Assembly (NCBI GenBank): GCA_028710695.1
Contig: JAQTTP010000005.1
Location: 30,001-62,000 of the forward strand
Source of the DNA: Candidatus Iainarchaeum sp.
Lineage (GTDB): Archaea > Iainarchaeota > Iainarchaeia > Iainarchaeales > 0-14-0-20-30-16
Length of the DNA: 32,000 nucleotides
Reading direction: 5' to 3'
Shown here piece by piece: positions 28,149 through 32,000 of the stretch; the first letter of the stretch is position 1; each line of letters begins with the position of its first letter. The notes beneath the pieces are model-generated. The model saw only the letters and a program-made list of their open reading frames with translations, did no database searches and was not told where the DNA came from. The translations under genes were made by a program, and so were the position numbers.

Positions 28149-28256
28149 TGGACTCAGCGGGAATTGAACCCGCAGCCTCGGCCTTACTCGCAGCCCCAGA
28201 ATAAATTCTGGAGTATTGATGCAAGGGCCGCGCTCTCCCAGTTGAGCTATGAGCCC
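28149..28256 (-). tRNA. tRNA-Ala(TGC) with 35-nt intron after position 37 (intron 28185-28219), no encoded CCA
   Basis: GGGCTCA/TGAGTCC acceptor with G3:U70, D-arm GCTC..GAGC, anticodon stem CGGCC/GGCCG, T-arm GCGGG-TTCAATT-CCCGC; bulge-helix-bulge CUUG:CGAG with CA^U and UA^A. Confidence 0.9.
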
Positions 28257-28289
28257 GTAGACTGTTATTAAACAATTACGAAAATTCAG

Positions 28290-29772
28290 AAGGAGGTGAT
28301 CCGTCCGCAGGTTCCCCTACGGACACCTTGTTACAACTTAGCCCTCCTCACGAAACAAGAAATCGAACTACCATTGAAGTAGCCCTCATTCTAGCCTCAT
28401 TCGGGTGGCTTGATGGGCGGTGTGTGTAAGAAGCAGGGACACATTCACCGCGTGATAGTGACACGCGATTACTAGGGATTCCAGCTTCATGAGAATGAGT
28501 TACAATCCTCAATCCGAACCTAGACCGAGTTTCACGGATTACCTCCCCCTCTCGAGTTCGATACCCATTGTCTCGGCCAATGTATGCCGCGTGTTGCCCA
28601 GAAGATTCGGGTCATACAGACCTATCGTCGCCCACCCCTTCCTCTAGATTGCTCCAGCTGTCCTTTCATAGTGCGCCCTTCCGAAGAAAGACTAGCAAAA
28701 GAAAGCATGGGTCTCGCCCGTTGCCTAAGTTAATAGGACACCTCACGGCACGAGCTGACGATGGCCATACAGCACCTCTCAGCGTGTCAGGTAACCCCAT
28801 CAGAGTGACCATCATCCTGCTGTCGCCCCTGGTAAGTTTCTTTGGCGTTGTATCCGATTAAACCGCAGCATCCACCCCTTGTGGTGCTTCCCCGCCAATT
28901 CCTTTAAGTTTCAGCCTTGCGACTATACTCCTCAGGCAGCAGACTTAACGGCTTCCCTACGGCACCCCGCAAATCCAAGATTAACGGGACACCTAGTCTG
29001 CAACGTTTACAGCTAGGACTAACCGGGTATCTAATCCGGGTCGCTCCCCCAGCTTTCATCCCTCACCGTCAGGTCCGTTCTCGTAAGTCGCCTTCGCTAC
29101 TGGTGGTCCTCTATGGATTATCACATTTCACCGCTACCCATAAAATACCACTTACGTCTCCCGGCCTCTAGTCAAGTAGTATTCTCTGCAATTCAACAAG
29201 TTAAGCTTGTCAATTTCACAAAGAACACACTAAACAGGCTACGGATGTTCTAGGCCCAATATCCACGAGTACCACTTGTGGAGCACGTATTACCGCGGCG
29301 GCTGGCACGTGTCTTACCCTCCACTTATTCGCCAAGTTATTTACACTTGACAAAAGCTAGAAAACTAGCACTAGGAATCCCCCTATCGCGCTTTCGCGCA
29401 TTGTAGAATTTTCGCGCCTGCTGCACCCCGTAGGGCTAGGGGCCTTTTCTCAGTCCCCTTCTCCGGGCTCCCCCTTGCAGGGCCCGTACGGATCTCAGGC
29501 TTGGTGGGCCATTACCCCGCCAACAACCTAATCCGACGCAGACCCATCCTAAGGCGCCAGCAAGAAAAGGCTTGCTGACTTTAATAAAAAGAGCATCCCA
29601 GCTTCAATTTACTATGAGGTATTACTCTCAGTTTCCCGAGCTTAACCTCTCCTCAGGGTAGGTTGTCCACGTGTTACTGAGCCGTTCGCCGAAGGTATCC
29701 ATATACCTTCCAGACTTGCATGGCTTAGTCGAATTCCTATAGCAGTACTCTCCAGCGGGATCAGCTGGAATC
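28290..29772 (-). rRNA. 16S ribosomal RNA (ends approximate)
   Basis: 5' ATTCCAGCTGATCCCGCTGGAG, 515 region GTGCCAGCCGCCGCGGTAA, 3' GGATCACCTCCTT. Confidence 0.97.
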
Positions 29773-29998
29773 ATATCGCAATATTAGTCTAAAAACATTC
29801 AGAAATTGGTTTAATTATACACACATTATATTTGGTTAAAAAACTTTCGTTGTGTTCTTACCAATAACAGTCTACATCCTACCTAAAATACCTTAGGTAA
29901 TCATGGGATGGTTCTCAAAAAATGAGAAAACCAACAAAAAAGCACAGCAAAAATCTTTTGCTATGAAGTTTTTATAAAATATAAAGGGACACAAAAGC

Positions 29999-30010
29999 TT
30001 TATAAAGGTT
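29999..30010 (-). promoter_or_regulatory. Probable rRNA operon TATA/BRE (AACCTTTATAAA, minus strand)
   Basis: Minus strand GAAAACCTTTATAAAGC upstream of the 16S leader, which contains an inverted repeat ACCTAAaatacCTTAGGT-like element. Confidence 0.55.
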
Positions 30011-30101
30011 TTCGGCTTATTCATTATGTAGATTGAAGTGTCAAGGCTAATTTTTAGTTCATTATTTTAGTCACAAAGTAAACAAATTAGTAAAGTTTTG
30101 T

Positions 30102-31157
30102 CTATTCCGCCACAACTCTATTTCTTCCTTGTTCTTTTGCCTTATACAATCTCTCATCCGCCAAAGACACCAAAAGGTCAGGACTTGCTTCCTCAGCTTC
30201 ATTAACACTAGCAACCCCTATACTTATAGTTACTTTACCTACCGAGAACTCAGAGTTATCTATTGCTGACCTAAGCCTCTCCCCAACAAGCTTTGCACCT
30301 TCTTTGTCACAGCTTAAGAGAACAATAAATTCTTCTCCACCCCAACGACAAAGGAAATCTTGGCCTCTTCCAGGTCTATTTCTTAAACTACTAAACAGAA
30401 TCTTTGCTAATTTTCTAAGAACTATATCCCCGTTAAGGTGGCCATAGGTGTCATTGATGTTCTTGAAATGGTCTATATCTATTATTAATAAGGAGAATAC
30501 TGCTTTGGTTTTTTTGTAATCTTCTAACTTGTCATTAAAGTTTATTTCAAAAGAACGTCTAATCGAAACTTTAGTCAAAGGGTCCAACTGTTTGTCTATT
30601 ACAGATGCAATAAACCGCCCAATAGATGCAAAATATATTGCAGAGATTAGAAGCATTGTCTTTATGTCTTCTCCATACTTTAATTTTTTTAGTAGAAGAT
30701 TCTTGCCTTTTATTATTACAATTCCAATAACAGAATCATTGAATACAAGAGGAACCAATAGAGTGCTTTTATCAAACACCGAGTTAATTAGAACTTTAGT
30801 ATATCTAAAATTATGTGGTACCATATTATAGGCATAAATTATATTCTTCTTGCCTTTTGGATAAAAATAGATTATTTCTTTGTCCTCAATTGATTTTAGA
30901 ATATAATAATTCTCAGGAGTTATCTGATTCAAATCCATTTCTTCCAAATGGCTTGTAGTCTTAGTTCTATTCGCCAAACATACAAGAGTATCTTTATCCA
31001 GCAAATAAACTCCAATATTTTCTACATCCTTCAGGGTATCCATTATTAATTCCGATACTCTGCTTAAGTTGGTTTCATATTTAGAACTCAAGAGTGTACT
31101 CAGGGTATAAAGTTCTTTTGCAAGGGCCCACCCCCAAATTTTTTGCATTAATGACAC
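30102..31157 (-). CDS. GAF-like sensor domain plus GGDEF diguanylate cyclase domain
   Basis: FSLLIIDIDHFKNINDTYGHLNGDIVLRKLA ... RPGRGQDFLCRWGGEEFIVLL ... VTISIGVAS ... ADERLYKAKEQGRNRV; N-terminal GAF-like region with LIVPLVFNDSVIGIVIIKG-type strands. Start codon uncertain. Confidence 0.92.
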   Translation of the reverse strand: MSLMQKIWGWALAKELYTLSTLLSSKYETNLSRVSELIMDTLKDVENIGVYLLDKDTLVCLANRTKTTSHLEEMDLNQITPENYYILKSIEDKEIIYFYPKGKKNIIYAYNMVPHNFRYTKVLINSVFDKSTLLVPLVFNDSVIGIVIIKGKNLLLKKLKYGEDIKTMLLISAIYFASIGRFIASVIDKQLDPLTKVSIRRSFEINFNDKLEDYKKTKAVFSLLIIDIDHFKNINDTYGHLNGDIVLRKLAKILFSSLRNRPGRGQDFLCRWGGEEFIVLLSCDKEGAKLVGERLRSAIDNSEFSVGKVTISIGVASVNEAEEASPDLLVSLADERLYKAKEQGRNRVVAE

Positions 31158-32000
31158 CTATAGGAAGAATGAAAAAATAAATAAAATTATTAGAACTAAA
31201 ACGTCTACATATAACATAGCACGATATAGTTTATATATTCTCCCCCCAAGTGTCGAAAATGATTTTGTAAAGATTAAAAATAATAACAAAAATAAGAAAG
31301 CACAGAATATTGTCAGATATGATCCAAATACAGTATCCAAAAACTCAATAACTGCTACAGAAAATAAAGACGGAATAGCAAGAACTATCAAAACTACAAG
31401 AGCAATCAATGCAACTTTTTTTATCTTCACTTTGTAATAATCTACAAAGGATGCAACTACAAGCTCGAACAAGGAAATTGCCGAAGTAAATGCTATCAAA
31501 AAAATCAGCAAGAAAAATATTGGACCCAAGAAAACTAGATCTTTAAAGGCCATAGTCAAAACATCAAAAACCAATCTTGGCCCAGAAGCCAGGTCCAAAC
31601 CATAACTAAACAAAAAGGAATAGATAATAATTCCAATCAAAACTGATATTAAAATACTAGAAAAAACTACGGCCCCAATTGTAAAGTTTAGGTTTTCTTT
31701 TTTTGAATAACTTGCATAAGTTAGCAGAATCCCAAATCCCAAAGACAAAGAGAACAGAGCATGTGCAAACGCAAGAACGATCGTCTTCAAAGATATTGCA
31801 GATGCATTAAAACTAAACATATATTTCACCGCAGTCCCAAAGCCTGGGCTTGCCACAGCAAAATATAATAAAACAAATAAAAATATCACAAACAGCACAG
31901 ATGAAATATAGTTAACTACATTAACCCCTTTCTTAAGTCCAAATCTTACTGCCAAATAAATTAAAAATACAGTAATAAAAAAAGCAGCAAACATCAACAC
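31158..32000 (-). CDS. Neurotransmitter:sodium symporter (NSS/SNF)-like transporter, C-terminal part (N-terminus beyond window)
   Basis: Multi-TM; FAHALFSLSLGFGILLTYASYSKKE and FLLIFLIAFTSAISLFELVVASFVDYY are characteristic of the SNF family. Confidence 0.8.
   Translation of the reverse strand: MLMFAAFFITVFLIYLAVRFGLKKGVNVVNYISSVLFVIFLFVLLYFAVASPGFGTAVKYMFSFNASAISLKTIVLAFAHALFSLSLGFGILLTYASYSKKENLNFTIGAVVFSSILISVLIGIIIYSFLFSYGLDLASGPRLVFDVLTMAFKDLVFLGPIFFLLIFLIAFTSAISLFELVVASFVDYYKVKIKKVALIALVVLIVLAIPSLFSVAVIEFLDTVFGSYLTIFCAFLFLLLFLIFTKSFSTLGGRIYKLYRAMLYVDVLVLIILFIFSFFL

Noticed and set aside
25584-29171. Several 60-107 aa ORFs on the plus strand
   Set aside because: They lie antisense to 23S/16S rRNA and the tRNA-Ala; GC-rich rRNA produces chance ORFs.
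25090-29772. rRNA introns or homing endonuclease genes
   Set aside because: 16S (about 1.48 kb) and 23S (about 2.97 kb) have normal lengths and no inserted ORF on the rRNA strand.
1-32000. CRISPR array, transposon, intein, toxin-antitoxin or restriction/defence system
   Set aside because: No regularly spaced repeats, transposase, intein splicing motifs or recognisable defence proteins; I did not force a defence interpretation on the accessory genes.

Overview
The window is AT-rich archaeal DNA, most likely from a DPANN-type or otherwise fast-evolving lineage. Evidence is a GatE-type Glu-tRNA(Gln) amidotransferase, TTTATAAA promoters and an intron-containing archaeal tRNA-Ala. Contents in order: (1) the C-terminal-truncated view of a secreted Cys-rich protein; (2) gatE; (3) a roughly 15 kb surface-glycan locus with a Wzx-like flippase, several GT4 glycosyltransferases, methyltransferases, a polysaccharide deacetylase and what looks like a complete UDP-GlcNAc to UDP-ManNAc3NAcA (WbpA/B/E/D/I-type) gene set; (4) a YchF/Obg-like GTPase; (5) a porCDAB operon whose PorD has lost exactly one of its two [4Fe-4S] clusters; (6) a non-coding island with a promoter/terminator-delimited putative structured RNA; (7) a 16S / tRNA-Ala(TGC, 35-nt intron) / 23S operon with substitutions at near-universal ribosomal positions; (8) a GAF-GGDEF protein with intact active site and I-site, rare in archaea; (9) the end of an NSS/SNF-type transporter. 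Almost everything is on the minus strand. No CRISPR array, transposon or intein was seen.
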